Shown: positions 19,484 to 20,000 of the stretch, piece by piece
Layout: each line of letters opens with the position of its first letter
Position numbering within the stretch: the first letter of the stretch is position 1
NCBI RefSeq assembly: GCF_004010195.1
Contig: NC_057711.1
Coordinates: 72,061,730-72,081,729 of the forward strand
Source of the DNA: Chiloscyllium plagiosum
Taxonomy: Eukaryota
DNA length: 20,000 nt
Direction: 5' to 3'
The notes under the pieces: model-generated
Seen by the model: only the letters and a program-made list of their open reading frames with translations
The model's database searches: none
What the model was told of the DNA's origin: nothing
Translations under genes and position numbers: made by a program

Positions 19484-19864
19484 ATGGTTAATTTCCAAGT
19501 CATGGATTTTTGTCAGTTGGAGAGAAACCTGCTGGTGGTAGTGTTCCATCCCTCTGATGTTCTAGTCCCTAGGTCACGGTTTGAAAAGTGCTGTCGAAGG
19601 AGCCTGGGAGTATAGATGATGCCAATGTTGCTGCTGTACATTATTGGTAGAGAGAGTGAATGTTTAGGGTGATGGATGTGGTGCTAATCAAGAGGGCTGA
19701 TTTGTCCTAGGTGGCGTCAAGCAACTTAAATATTGTTGGAGCTGCACTCATTCAGACCAGTGGCTTCTTCCTTGTAGATGGTGGACAAATTTTGGGGAAT
19801 CCAAGAGATGCAGAATTGTTGCAGACTATTGTAGACTGGTCGAAGAATGTCAAGCCTCTAACCT

Positions 19865-20000
19865 GTTTTCACTATCCCTCCAGACCTCCCCCTCCCTGAG
19901 GATGAAAGATCAGTCCTCAGCAGAGGCCTCACCTTCATTCCCCTACGCTCTCGGATCAACGAGTTCAACATGCGGCGTGACATCGAACAATTCTTCCGCC
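19865..20000 (+). mobile_element. Start of another Penelope-like element ORF (N-terminal region), running off the window
   Basis: Stop-free frame VFTIPPDLPLPEDERSVLSRGLTFIPLRSRINEFNMRRDIEQFFR contains the PLE N-terminal (E)xxVLxxGLxF motif. It is CpG-rich, so probably young. Confidence 0.82.

Larger units (their letters stand above)
18757..19802 (-). mobile_element. CR1/L2-group LINE 3' end (same family as 7489-8252), interrupted at ~18930-19483
   Basis: The reverse tail ttttttattc..aaggccagaatttgctgtccatt is at ~18757-18815. Sequence resumes at atttccaagtc (19491) and includes gtcaagc..tgttggagctgcac..cttgtagatggtggaca, matching 7735-7840. Confidence 0.68.

Noticed and set aside
1..20000. 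CRISPR array or operon-like prokaryotic system
   Set aside because: There are no regularly spaced direct repeats and no gene-dense coding structure. The direct repeats found are paired TSDs or retroelement tail microsatellites.

Overview
This is eukaryotic, gene-poor, repeat-rich DNA with no recognisable host gene. The repeat repertoire points to a cartilaginous fish, probably a shark (inference from recalled families: HE1-type SINEs, HER1/CR1 LINEs, L2, Rex1/Babar, Meta-domain-like SINEs and abundant Penelope-like elements). Roughly half the window is decayed retroelements, several of them nested. The most striking structure is a set of Penelope-like element (PLE) insertions carrying minimal hammerhead-ribozyme motifs. 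Four of them (945-1096, 5772-6947, 8448-8652, 13368-13602), from three sequence families, share one architecture. Each is a head-to-head inverted pair with both 3' ends pointing outward, has a 12-16 bp target-site duplication (TSD), and carries an unpaired 32-40 nt tail on one arm only. A fifth PLE (15571-16909) retains a long RT frame, and a sixth starts at the right edge. Family names come from memory of consensus sequences, not from a search. One 249-N assembly gap lies at 15893-16141.
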